Below, one piece after another: positions 29,661 through 39,279 of a stretch of DNA of 64,000 nucleotides (within the stretch, counting starts at the first letter, position 1; the number at the start of each line of letters is the position of its first letter). The position numbers and the translations under genes were made by a program. Source of the DNA: Candidatus Marinacidobacterales bacterium (GTDB taxonomy: Bacteria > Acidobacteriota > Vicinamibacteria > Marinacidobacterales > SMYC01); assembly GCA_965224085.1 (NCBI GenBank), contig CBDCYI010000011.1, positions 128,001 to 192,000 on the forward strand. The letters run 5' to 3'. The notes under the pieces are model-generated. The model did no database searches. It was not told the origin of the DNA and saw only the letters and a list, made by a program, of their open reading frames with translations.

Positions 29661-30426
29661 CTATACGAGAGCGTCGCGCAACGGGGAACGCGGGTCGGGA
29701 CGTTCTTTCTTGGGTCCGCCGTTGACATCGACCTCGACGTCCAGGTCATCGAGCTCCAGCTCATCCACATCCACGTCCACGTCCACATCGTCTAAATCCA
29801 CGTCGTTGTCGCCATGTTTTGCCAGCCGGCCAATGGCCCAGGCGGCTTGCTCGCGCACATCCGCATCGTCGTCTTTCAGCGCACCGCTGAGCGCGTCGAT
29901 CGCGCGGCTGTCGCCGAGCATTCCGAGCGCCCAGGCGGCCTGTCCGCGAATATCGGCGCTCGAATCGCTGAGCGCCGTGATCAGGACGTCGAAGCTTTCC
30001 GGCGATCGGATCATGCCGACTGCCCAGATCGCTTGCTCCCGCACATCCACGCTCTCGTCGCCCAGCGCCCGGCCCAGACCCTGGATGGCGCGACCGTCTC
30101 GGATCATCCCGAGCCCCCACGCGGCCTGGGAACGGACATTTTCATCGACATCCGTGAGAGCGCCGACGAGGCCGTCGACGGCGTCGCCGTTTCGGATCAT
30201 GCCGCAGGCCCATGCGGCCTGGGCACGGAGGTTTGCATCGTCGTCGCGAAGAGCCGAAACGAGCGCGTCGGCCGCGGCCTCATCTCGGATCATGCCGAGC
30301 GCCCAGGCGGACTGCTCCCGCACGTTCGATGACGTGTCGTTGATGAGCGCGGCGCCGAGTGCGGCGACCGCCTCTTTGCTCCTCGTCATTCCCAGCGCCC
30401 ACGCAGCTTGCTCCCGCACGCTATCG
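29661..30426 (-). pseudogene. HEAT/PBS-lyase repeat protein, C-terminal part only
   Basis: About 7 tandem 31-aa repeats (VREQAAWALGMI) and an acidic DV-rich tail. The 5' end is replaced by an unrelated gene fragment. Confidence 0.75.
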
Positions 30427-30678
30427 ATCTTCTGCGCCGAGCTCGAGGACGATCGCGCGCACGAGCAGGAAATGAAGCGGCGTGTAAAAGCATGCAAAGG
30501 CGGCTCTTTTGCCGGCCCCGTCGAACACCGCCTTGCCGAGCCGGCCTCGCTCCTCGACATAGATGCGAGAGAGCGCTACGACGCCCTTTCGGATCTCCTG
30601 AAACGTCAGCCGCTCGAGCTCGCGCGCCCGAAGCGTTTCGAGCCAGCTCAAAAAGGCTTCGTCGGAGCTCATCATCAT
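30421..30678 (-). pseudogene. N-terminal fragment of a putative SAM methyltransferase (Rsm22-like)
   Basis: EIRKGVVALSRIYVEERG...DGAGKRAAFACFYTPLH, truncated after ~85 aa. Confidence 0.45.
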
Positions 30679-30756
30679 CTGAGAGTCTCCTTGCAGACAT
30701 TCTTTAAGTCGGGTATTCTCGCAACGAGGTGAGGGGCTATCGGGACGCAGCAGCAA

Positions 30757-31194
30757 ATGATGCGACTCGCCTTGGATGAGGCGCGACACGCGCTTCACCT
30801 GGGTGAAGTTCCGATCGGTGCCGTGGTGGCGAGCGACCAGCAAGTCGTTGCCTCCGGCTTCAACCAGCCGATTCATTCGGTGGACCCCACGGCCCATGCC
30901 GAGCTCGTCGCTGTGCGCAAAGCAGCTCGAGAGCTCGGAAACTACCGACTTTCGGGCTTGACGCTCTACGTTACCGTCGAGCCTTGTATGATGTGCATTG
31001 GTGCCATTGTGCACGCACGTATTGCTACACTGGTCTATGGCGCCACCGAGCCCAAATTTGGTGGTGTGGAATCTTTGTTTGATTTGAACGAGATACGCAT
31101 GCCGCATCGGCTGTCGATCGTGTCGGGAGTACTGGAGCCAGATTGTAGGAAGATACTGCAGGATTTCTTCAAATACCGCCGCGAGAACGTTTGA
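30757..31194 (+). CDS. tadA: tRNA adenosine(34) deaminase
   Basis: EVPIGAV, DPTAHAE, TVEPCMMC, YGA.EPK. Confidence 0.93.
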   Translation: MMRLALDEARHALHLGEVPIGAVVASDQQVVASGFNQPIHSVDPTAHAELVAVRKAARELGNYRLSGLTLYVTVEPCMMCIGAIVHARIATLVYGATEPKFGGVESLFDLNEIRMPHRLSIVSGVLEPDCRKILQDFFKYRRENV

Positions 31195-31223
31195 GAACGA
31201 TTCCCGCGGCCGGCGCGATTCGT

Positions 31224-31319
31224 GGAGAGGTACCGAAGTGGTCGTAACGGGGGCGCCTCGAAAGCGTCTTGTCTGGTGAGTAACTGGGCACGTGGGTTCG
31301 AATCCCACCCTCTCCGCCA
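31224..31319 (+). tRNA. tRNA-Ser(CGA)
   Basis: GGAGAGG/CCTCTCC acceptor stem, anticodon loop CT-CGA-AA, long variable arm, GGTTCGAATCC, encoded CCA. Confidence 0.95.
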
Positions 31320-31394
31320 ATCGAAATCCTTATTCCGAGACTAAGTCGCCGCCAACGCGCATACACGCATTTCGCCTTTGAAAATCGAGCTTAC

Positions 31395-34300
31395 GTGATC
31401 ATCGCACACGGCACCTGGCTTTCTACGACAAACCGCTTCTTCGTCTGGGGCGAGACCGAGCCTCACGAGGAGACGTCCGCGTCGAACGGCGCCCACCCGC
31501 ATCAACTCGCACTCGAGGATGTGGAGCAGAAGCTTCTCACGGCACTCGCGGACGAGGACACGTCCGTCGAAAGTGAGTCCGACAACATCACGTTTCTCCT
31601 CCCTTCGGAGAACGGATTCCCCATTCCGTCTCCAGAGATCTTTTTTCACCGCGACTCGCCGTCGCCGCTCGAGAAACGGCTGCGTGCCTGGCAAGTGCGG
31701 GGCCTTTCGCTCTCGCCAGAAGCGGCACTCGCGTGGCTGGCCAGGCTGCCAGTCTCGGAAGAAGGACTCCCCCATCGGCTGCGCCTCGGCGCTGACTTGA
31801 GATTCTGGTCGGCGGCGGCGCGCTTCGCGCTCGAGCTTCTTGCTCGCCAGAGGTTCCTTCCCGCTATCGTCGCCGACGGCGAAAATTCGATGGCGCGCTG
31901 GGAGCCGCTCGTAGAGGAAGAGCTGGATCGCATCGACGTGCTCAAAGCGGCGATGCCTCCGGTGTGCCGCGCGGCGAGTGGTGACGAGACCCCGTCTGCC
32001 CACGTTCTGCTTGAAGGCTTTCTCATCGCCGCCGTCGACTGCTTCGTGCGGAAAGCGGCGTCACGGCTGCGGCTTCGTCAGAGATTCGTCGAGACCGATG
32101 GCGAGCAATTTGCGTCCTCTCTGCTCGAAGATGACATTACCTTCGATGACGACACGGTGGAGATGCTCCGCGACGAGCTTGCGACCTGGAAGGCGCAGTT
32201 CGACGACCACGAGGAAGCGCCGTTTCGTATCGCGTTCCGTCTCGAACCCCCGCCCCCGCCGGATTCCGATAGCGAGGAGGACGCTCGAGACGATACGGGA
32301 CCTTGGAAGCTCCGCTTTTTCCTTCAAGCTCTCGATGACGAGAGCCTTCTCGTTCCGCTCGCGCGGGTCTGGGAGCACGGCGGTACCTCGTGGCGCTATC
32401 TCGAGCGACGGCTCGAGCGCCCGCACGAGATGGTGCTCGAAGCGCTCGGCCGGGCGGCGGCACTCTTTGCTCCCATCGAAGAAAGCTTGAAAGAGTCGCG
32501 CCCCGAGTCCTGTTTTTTGGATTCGGATCAAGCCTACGCGTTTCTCCAGGAAGGCGCGTTCCTCCTTCGCGAGAGCGGCTACGGCGTGCTCGTTCCGTCC
32601 TGGTGGGGCAAGCGTGAGCACGGCATTGGACTGAGCCTTCGCGTTGCGCCGCGTTCGCACGGCCCGAGAAGCGTGATGAGCCGTCTCGGGCTCGAAGCCC
32701 TCGTCGAGTTCGACTGGCAAGTCGCGCTCGGCGGCGATAGCTTGAGCCGCGAAGAGTTTCTCGAGCTCGCCGACATGAAAAAGCCACTTGTTCGCGTGCG
32801 AGGTCAATGGATCGAGCTATCCCCCGCGAGAGTTCAGGAAATCCTTGGCGCGATCGAATCGCGTCCAAAGATACCGGAGCTTTCGCTCGGCGACGTCTTT
32901 CAGCTGAAGCTCGGCCGCCTCGGTGACCAGCGGCTTCCCGTGACGGACTTGAAGGCGACCGGCTGGGTCGAGGCGGTTCTCTCGCAGCTTTCGGGAAGTG
33001 AAGCCCTTCCCGAGGTCGAGCAGCCGGCCACGTTTCACGGGCAACTCCGCCCCTATCAGGTCCAAGGTTTGTCCTGGCTCGAGTTTCTCGGCCAATTCCG
33101 TCTCGGCGCCTGTCTCGCCGACGATATGGGTCTCGGCAAAACGATCCAGGTGCTCGCGCTCTTGCTGCGGATTCAGGAAAGGGGCGAGCTCGAGCGCCCG
33201 TTCCTTCTCATCTGTCCGACTTCGGTTGTGGGTAACTGGAGAAAGGAAGCGGAGCGTTTCTCGCCGAGCTTACGCGTGCTCGTACATCACGGTTTGGACC
33301 GACACGAAGGCGAAACTTTCGAGCGGGAAGCGAAGCGGCACGATCTCGTCGTCTCCACCTATAGCCTCGTTCATCGGGATCTCACTCAACTCCAAGCGAT
33401 CGCGTGGGATGGTCTCGTGCTCGACGAAGCGCAGAATATCAAGAACCCTCAAGCGAAGCAGACCCGCGCTTTGAGAAAGCTCGCAGCGCCGCGCCGTCTC
33501 GCACTTACGGGAACTCCGGTCGAGAATCGTTTGCAAGAGCTCTGGTCGATCATGGAGTTTTTGAACCCCGGCTATCTCGGTGCCGAAGCTTCTTTTCGGC
33601 GGCGCTACGCGCTTCCAATCGAGCGCTATCGTGATAGCGCCGCGACGGAAGAGCTACGCCGCCTCGTCGAGCCTTTCCTGCTTCGACGTGTCAAAACCGA
33701 TCCTAGCGTCATCCGGGATCTTCCGTCGAAGAACGAGATGAAGGTCTATTGCACGCTGACCCAGGAGCAAGGCACGCTCTACCAAGCGATGGTCCAAGAC
33801 AGCTTGGAGCGCATCGAATCTTCCGAGGGAATTGGCCGGAAAGGAGAAGTGCTCGCGGCGCTCACCCGGCTCAAACAGATCTGCAACCACCCAGCGCACT
33901 TTCTCGCGGACGGCAGCTCACTCTCCGCCCGCTCGGGAAAGCTCACGCGCCTGACGGAGATGCTCGAGGAAGTGCTAGCCGAAGGCGATCGCGCGCTCGT
34001 GTTCACGCAATATGCGGAGATGGGGAAGCTCATCGAGCGGCACTTGCGCGACAAACTCTCCGTCGACCTGGCTTTTCTCCACGGCGGCGTGCCATCGCAG
34101 CAGCGCGAGGCGATGATCACCGAGTTTCAAGAAAGGGATGACGGTCCGCCGATTTTTGTGCTCTCGCTCAAGGCGGGCGGCTTTGGTTTGAACTTGACGC
34201 AAGCGCGACATGTCTTTCACTTCGATCGGTGGTGGAATCCGGCGGTGGAGGACCAAGCGACCGATCGCGCGTTTCGCATCGGCCAGACGCGTTCCGTGGC

Positions 34301-34475
34301 GGTCTACAAGTTCATTTGCGCGGGCACGATCGAAGAACGCGTGGACGAGCTCGCCGAGCGTAAAAAAGAGCTCGCGGAAGCCGTCATCCAGCCTGGACAA
34401 GGCTCGCTTACCGAGCTCACGACGGAAAGCCTGCGCGATCTCTTCGAGCTGCGCGCAGAAGCTATCGAGTCCTGA
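31395..34475 (+). CDS. SNF2-family helicase/ATPase
   Basis: LADDMGLGKT, DEAQNIKN, TGTPVEN, SLKAGGFGLNL, WWNPAVEDQATDRAFRIGQ. Confidence 0.95.
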   Translation: MIIAHGTWLSTTNRFFVWGETEPHEETSASNGAHPHQLALEDVEQKLLTALADEDTSVESESDNITFLLPSENGFPIPSPEIFFHRDSPSPLEKRLRAWQVRGLSLSPEAALAWLARLPVSEEGLPHRLRLGADLRFWSAAARFALELLARQRFLPAIVADGENSMARWEPLVEEELDRIDVLKAAMPPVCRAASGDETPSAHVLLEGFLIAAVDCFVRKAASRLRLRQRFVETDGEQFASSLLEDDITFDDDTVEMLRDELATWKAQFDDHEEAPFRIAFRLEPPPPPDSDSEEDARDDTGPWKLRFFLQALDDESLLVPLARVWEHGGTSWRYLERRLERPHEMVLEALGRAAALFAPIEESLKESRPESCFLDSDQAYAFLQEGAFLLRESGYGVLVPSWWGKREHGIGLSLRVAPRSHGPRSVMSRLGLEALVEFDWQVALGGDSLSREEFLELADMKKPLVRVRGQWIELSPARVQEILGAIESRPKIPELSLGDVFQLKLGRLGDQRLPVTDLKATGWVEAVLSQLSGSEALPEVEQPATFHGQLRPYQVQGLSWLEFLGQFRLGACLADDMGLGKTIQVLALLLRIQERGELERPFLLICPTSVVGNWRKEAERFSPSLRVLVHHGLDRHEGETFEREAKRHDLVVSTYSLVHRDLTQLQAIAWDGLVLDEAQNIKNPQAKQTRALRKLAAPRRLALTGTPVENRLQELWSIMEFLNPGYLGAEASFRRRYALPIERYRDSAATEELRRLVEPFLLRRVKTDPSVIRDLPSKNEMKVYCTLTQEQGTLYQAMVQDSLERIESSEGIGRKGEVLAALTRLKQICNHPAHFLADGSSLSARSGKLTRLTEMLEEVLAEGDRALVFTQYAEMGKLIERHLRDKLSVDLAFLHGGVPSQQREAMITEFQERDDGPPIFVLSLKAGGFGLNLTQARHVFHFDRWWNPAVEDQATDRAFRIGQTRSVAVYKFICAGTIEERVDELAERKKELAEAVIQPGQGSLTELTTESLRDLFELRAEAIES

Positions 34476-34477
34476 AC

Positions 34478-35296
34478 ATGGCCAGATCAGAGACACCCGA
34501 CGAAGAACGCCGCTGGTGGTCGGAGCGTTGGTGGTCCGTCATGGAGTCGATTGGCGTCGCGCGCCGACTCGAGCGTGGTAAGCGCTACGCGCGAGCCGAG
34601 CGCCTGCTCTCGCTCGAGTTCAACGCGGGCCGTGTCCGTGCCGAAGTGCAGGGCTCGCGCTACCATCCCTACTTCGTCGAAATTTCGATCGACCCCTTCT
34701 CGGACGAGAAGTGGCACGAGGCTGTCAGGGAACTCGCGACCCAGGCGCTCTTTTCGGCAAAGCTTCTCTCCGGGGAGATGCCGGAGAACATCGAAGACGT
34801 TTTTGCCAGCGTGGGTGTGTCCTTGTTCCCGACATCAGCGAACGAGCTCACGATGTCGTGCAGTTGTCCGGATGACGTCGTGCCGTGTAAACACATCGTG
34901 GCCGTCCATTTTGTGCTCGCGGAAAAGTTCGATGCCGATCCGTTCTTGTTGTTTCGCTGGAGAGGCCTGAGTCGCGAACAGCTTCTCCGCCAGCTCCGCC
35001 AGCGACGCGCGGCGGAGGCCGCAGGCCGCACGCTCGATCACTCGACCGAGCGCACGCTCGAGGAATCGATCGATGATTTCTGGAAGCTCGGAGAAAGTTT
35101 CGATTCGTTGTCGATTTCGGTCGGCCCTCCAGCGGTCACGGCATCGCTCCTCAAACGACTCGGCGTGCCGCCGTTTTGGAAACCTCATCCAGAGATCCGA
35201 GGTTCGCTCGAGAGGCTCTATTCCAAAGTGACGGAGCGCGCGATGGCGCTCGCGTATAGCGGCCGTGCCACCAAAGACGCGGACGACGACGGCTAG
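34478..35296 (+). CDS. SWIM zinc-finger protein (SNF2 partner)
   Basis: RLERGKRYAR, VQGS, CSCPD..PCKH. Confidence 0.9.
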   Translation: MARSETPDEERRWWSERWWSVMESIGVARRLERGKRYARAERLLSLEFNAGRVRAEVQGSRYHPYFVEISIDPFSDEKWHEAVRELATQALFSAKLLSGEMPENIEDVFASVGVSLFPTSANELTMSCSCPDDVVPCKHIVAVHFVLAEKFDADPFLLFRWRGLSREQLLRQLRQRRAAEAAGRTLDHSTERTLEESIDDFWKLGESFDSLSISVGPPAVTASLLKRLGVPPFWKPHPEIRGSLERLYSKVTERAMALAYSGRATKDADDDG

Positions 35297-37302
35297 CCCA
35301 TGTTTACCCTTTATGGGCACCCTAACGCTCGTAAGTGACTGAATTCAAAGGAACGGGGGTTGAATTTGCCCAAAACGTAGAGACAGATATTGTGCTTTGA
35401 GCGCCATTAATACGTTGTAATCGTGGACAATGATATGTAGTATGCGTGAGGACAGGTTATGTTCTTCCGCATCGTTCGGGCCGCAGGCGGCAAAGGGGTT
35501 CAACATGAGTATGTCCGCCTGGTCGAGTCGTATCGGGAGCACGGCAAGCCGAAGCAACGCGTAGTGTGCAACTTGGGGCGCAAGGATCTCCTAGTTGCCA
35601 ATCTCGACTCCCTCAATCGGTTGCTTGGGGCCGGTGAACCGGCCGACACCGAGCGAGCAGCCGAGCAGATCGCGGGGGCAGACGCGTGGGATTGGGGTCC
35701 GATGGTGGTGACGGCGACGCTGTGGCGCGAGCTCGGACTGGAGCAGATTCTCGACCGGCTCGGAGGCCGCGGCAAGCGCGACGGAGTGGCGCTAAGCGAG
35801 CGAGCTTTGGTGCTGGTCGCCAACCGGCTATGTGCTCCGTCAAGCGAGCACGGTCTGGCGCGCTGGCTCGAGACCGACTTCGTCTGCGACCGGCAGGGGC
35901 GGCGGTGGGTGCCGCAGTGGCGCGATGATGGGGAGCGGCGAGCGAGTCGCTCCCCGCGGGTTCGCGTGGAGTTTTGCCAACTCAAGCAATGGTACCGAAC
36001 GCTCGACCAGCTGCATGCCCGCAAAGAACAGATCGAGAAAGAGCTGTTTTTGCGCTTGCGGGATCTGTTTTCGCTTGAGGTTGACATGGTGTTTTACGAC
36101 CTGACGTCGACGTACTTCGAAGGTCAAGGCCCTCCGGGGCTCGGCGCCCACGGCTACAGTCGCGACCGCAGACCGCGTAACCGGCAAGTGCTTGTCGGTC
36201 TGGTGATGGTGGACGGTTGGCCGATCGCCCACCATGTTTTCGCCGGCAACTGGCGTGACGCGAAAACGGTGCCGCAGGTGCTCAACGATCTCAACGAACG
36301 ATTCGGTTTGCACCGCGTGGTTTTTGTCGGCGACCGAGGGATGGTAACGAGCGACAGCCTGGCGGTGGTGCGCTCGCGCAAGCAGGGCTATCTCGTCGGG
36401 CTGCAAAGACGACGGCGCGAGGAGGTCTATCGTTACATCGAGCGCGCCAGCGGAGAGTGGATCGACTGCCCTGGTGGCATCACGGTGAGCGAAAAAGCCG
36501 AGCCACCTAAGACTCGTGTGCAAGAAGTCCGCTCCGAGCAGTCTGGCGTGCGCATCTTCGTCGTTCACAGCGACGAAAGGCTCGCCTACGAGCGCGGGCA
36601 GAGGCTGCGGGCCATGGGACGTGCCCGTGCGGCATTCGAGGCCCTTGAGCGCCGCGTGCGCGAGGGACGATTGAAAGCCCCCGAGAAAATCGGTGCCGCC
36701 GCCGCGCGCATACAGGCACGCCACCACGGTCACCGTTACTACGACTGGGAGTACAAAAACGCTCGCTTCCGCTTCTTCGAGCACCCGGTCAACCTCAAGC
36801 GCGAGCAAGCCTACGAGGGTAAGTACGTTATTCAAACCGAGGAGCAAAACCTCTCTCCGGTCGACGCCGTGCGCCTTTACAAGGACCTAAACGAGGTCGA
36901 GCGAGCCTTCTCATGCCTTAAGGATGTCATTGAGATGCGTCCCGTTTACCACCAGACCGATGAGCGTGTGGGGGCACATCTTTTCGTAGCTACGCTGGCC
37001 TTCCTTGTGCATCGGGCTCTTGAGAAAAAGCTCAAGGTCGCCGAACTCGACCTGTCCGCAACCGAGGCACTACAAGCGCTACGCTCGGTCCGGCTCGTCG
37101 ACTTACAGCTGGGTTCTGGGCGGACCAAGCGCGTCGTCACGCGCGGCACCGCTCGCGCCAACTCGATCCTGACTGCACTCGGAATCGTTGAACGCGACCC
37201 GCCAGCCTTCTCCGAGGAGGTGCTGTCAGCGTAGAGACAAACCGCGGATCTCAGTCCTTTGTTTATGATGACTTAGAGACCTAAAAGGGAAACATGGGCT
37301 AG
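35293..37302 (+). mobile_element. Complete IS1634-family element bounded by CTAG
   Basis: Left end CTAGCCCATGTTTACCCTTTA; right end (reverse complement) CTAGCCCATGTTTCCCTTTTA. Confidence 0.93.
35459..37234 (+). CDS. IS1634-family DDE transposase
   Basis: FYDLTSTYFEG, GYSRD.RP, FVGDRGM, YKDLNEVERAF, RPVYH; 591 aa. Confidence 0.95.
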   Translation: MFFRIVRAAGGKGVQHEYVRLVESYREHGKPKQRVVCNLGRKDLLVANLDSLNRLLGAGEPADTERAAEQIAGADAWDWGPMVVTATLWRELGLEQILDRLGGRGKRDGVALSERALVLVANRLCAPSSEHGLARWLETDFVCDRQGRRWVPQWRDDGERRASRSPRVRVEFCQLKQWYRTLDQLHARKEQIEKELFLRLRDLFSLEVDMVFYDLTSTYFEGQGPPGLGAHGYSRDRRPRNRQVLVGLVMVDGWPIAHHVFAGNWRDAKTVPQVLNDLNERFGLHRVVFVGDRGMVTSDSLAVVRSRKQGYLVGLQRRRREEVYRYIERASGEWIDCPGGITVSEKAEPPKTRVQEVRSEQSGVRIFVVHSDERLAYERGQRLRAMGRARAAFEALERRVREGRLKAPEKIGAAAARIQARHHGHRYYDWEYKNARFRFFEHPVNLKREQAYEGKYVIQTEEQNLSPVDAVRLYKDLNEVERAFSCLKDVIEMRPVYHQTDERVGAHLFVATLAFLVHRALEKKLKVAELDLSATEALQALRSVRLVDLQLGSGRTKRVVTRGTARANSILTALGIVERDPPAFSEEVLSA

Positions 37303-37463
37303 TCCCCTGGAACAGAGATTCGTAACCTAAATCTCGGGCCCTTTTGCGCGCTGGCTGCGTTGTTTCTCCTCGAAATATCCCAATATGACTTCGTCGTCAC
37401 GCCTTGCCAGCCCACAAAATGACCTCGAGCTTTAGGCCACGAACCTCTGTTCCAGGGGACTAG
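37299..37463. mobile_element. Non-autonomous MITE (~165 bp) with ~40-bp terminal inverted repeats, flanked by CTAG
   Basis: CTAGTCCCCTGGAACAGAGATTCGTAACCTAAATCTCG versus reverse complement of the end, CTAGTCCCCTGGAACAGAGGTTCGTGGCCTAAAGCTCG; no ORF. Confidence 0.8.
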
Positions 37464-38122
37464 TAGTACTCGTACTCGATGCGTTCTTTCGCCCGGAGCG
37501 CGTCCTTGCGCTTGGTGAAATAGGCGAGTGCTGCGCCTACGCCCACGATAAAGCCGATGAGGTGTGTGCGGTAGCTGATCGCAGGCTCGACCGCGGTTGG
37601 GACGAGAACGATGAGGCCGAAACCCACGGCGCGCGCGATGCGCTTTTTCAGCGGGATGCGCCGCTCGACGAGCAAGTAGAGCGTGAGCCAGAAGCCAGCC
37701 ATCAAATAAACGACCCCCGAAGCACCGAGAAGCCAGGACTCGGCGGGGTATGTGCTAAGCGAGATGCCCGTGACGAGAGCGCCGAGCACCCACGTGAGCG
37801 CCGGATAGGCGATCGGCCCGTAGTAGCCGTATATCAAGAAGGCTAGGACGCCGAGAACGACCGCGTTCGACAGGAAATGTGCCCAGTCGGAATGCACGAG
37901 AAGCGATGTCACGAGCCTCCAATACTCGCCGTGGAAAAAGACGGATTCCCCGCTCGCGGGCAGGAGCGAGGCGGCGCCGAATGAGTCGCTCCAGTAGATC
38001 ACGGAAGCTACGAAGAGGAGGAGCACGCTCCCTAGAGCCACCAAAAAGCTCTTGGGCGCAGGCTTTCTGGACAAATGCGTCGCCTTGATCACGCGTTCGC
38101 GTTCGATGTCCCAAGCGTCCAT
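37460..38122 (-). CDS. Rhomboid intramembrane serine protease
   Basis: EYWRL, H...HFLSN, GASG, HLIGF..G. Confidence 0.9.
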   Translation of the reverse strand: MDAWDIERERVIKATHLSRKPAPKSFLVALGSVLLLFVASVIYWSDSFGAASLLPASGESVFFHGEYWRLVTSLLVHSDWAHFLSNAVVLGVLAFLIYGYYGPIAYPALTWVLGALVTGISLSTYPAESWLLGASGVVYLMAGFWLTLYLLVERRIPLKKRIARAVGFGLIVLVPTAVEPAISYRTHLIGFIVGVGAALAYFTKRKDALRAKERIEYEYY

Positions 38123-38182
38123 AGCTACCGTGCTAACAAGAAGCCTAGCACTCCCGCTCTCGCTGGACTAGAATCACGCTTT

Positions 38183-38281
38183 GGTGAGCGCCTGACTTGT
38201 ACTCGAAGATGGACGTGTTTCGAAGGGCGTGTCTATCGGGGGGGGGCCTCAGGAGAGGTCGCCTTCCACACCGGACTCACC
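38183..38281 (+). ncRNA. Candidate structured RNA (unassigned)
   Basis: TAGAAT -10-like hexamer at 38169. GGTGAG/CTCACC closing stem, CCTGA/TCAGG, and a G-U-rich hairpin GATGGACGTG...CGTGTCTATC. Confidence 0.3.
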
Positions 38282-38465
38282 GGCTAATTCTAAATCCTAC
38301 CGACTCTTCTTTTTGCGGCTGCTCTTTGTTGGTCGCGACCCTCACGGGCGCCGACGCGACAGTTGCGGGGATGGAAGCGTTAAAGTGCGGAGGCGCTCGG
38401 CCTCGAAATTTGCAGTCCACGCACCCAGCGAAAATGCTGGTTATGACGGGAGTTGAAACAAAGGA

Positions 38466-38918
38466 ATGACAAAAGATCTGGCTCTATTCGTGCTGCGTCT
38501 ATCTGGTTTTGGTCTCGCCTTCGCGCATGGCTGGCAAAAGATCGCCATGCTCAGCTCGGGCGGTGGGGATCGTTTTGTGGCCGGTGTGGAGGCTCTCGGC
38601 TTTCCCCTTCCGCTAGCCTTTGCGTGGGCGGCAGGGCTCGCGGAGTTCGTGGGTGGGCTTGCGATAGCACTCGGCATCGGCACGCGCATCGCGGCCGGCT
38701 TCGCCGCTTTCACGATGTTCGTCGCTGCGATGTTCCGCCACCACTTGCCACAGCACATTCTCATTTGGCTGGGTGTTACGAGCGCGCCTGAAGACGTTGT
38801 CGCGAGCTGGGGCAACCCCGAGCGTGCGGCGAGCTACATGCTCATCTTTATGGCGCTCGTGCTCCTGGGAGGCGGCCGCTTCTCGCTCGATCGTTTCGTG
38901 AAACGCAACAAGAAGTGA
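38466..38918 (+). CDS. DoxX family membrane protein
   Basis: HGWQK, AEFVGG...G.GTR.AA, GGGRFSLD. Confidence 0.9.
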   Translation: MTKDLALFVLRLSGFGLAFAHGWQKIAMLSSGGGDRFVAGVEALGFPLPLAFAWAAGLAEFVGGLAIALGIGTRIAAGFAAFTMFVAAMFRHHLPQHILIWLGVTSAPEDVVASWGNPERAASYMLIFMALVLLGGGRFSLDRFVKRNKK

Positions 38919-38922
38919 CGCC

Positions 38923-39148
38923 CTATTCGTAGTGTTTGCTCTCTTCCCACGCTTTTTTGAACTCGCCGGCGGTGAGGGTGGGATCGCGAGCGATGCGGAT
39001 CGGCATGTTGTTCCGCCAATTCATACAGTACTGACACTCGTAGGTCGCGACGTCACTCACGTCGGCAAAGCTGTGCTCGAGTGCTTCTCGGTCCCATCCG
39101 ACCGCGATCACGACGCTGTCCGCGAGCTGCGGAGCGATCGCGCGCCCT
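38923..39148 (-). pseudogene. C-terminal fragment of a GT-C/family-39-like membrane glycosyltransferase
   Basis: [19 protein letters not shown]...YCMNWRNNMPIRIAR...WEESKHYE; no own start. Confidence 0.4.
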
Positions 39149-39279
39149 GAGCGCTTCTTCGTAAGCAGGCCATCCCGCATTGACCCGCTCGTCGAGTCCC
39201 GCATATTGCAGTAGGAGCGGTGCCTGGATCTTCGGCGCGTCCTCGGTTGCGGCTTGCCTGCCGTAAAAAGGCACCGCGG
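39149..39279 (-). pseudogene. Internal fragment of a dienelactone hydrolase
   Basis: [44 protein letters not shown]. Confidence 0.7.

Noticed and set aside
29740-30420. Periodic ~93-bp repeats as a possible CRISPR array
   Set aside because: They are degenerate coding HEAT repeats with no unique spacers, and no cas genes are present.
31395-35296. SNF2-SWIM pair as a novel defence system
   Set aside because: It is a widespread, known gene pair with no nuclease or methylase partners nearby.
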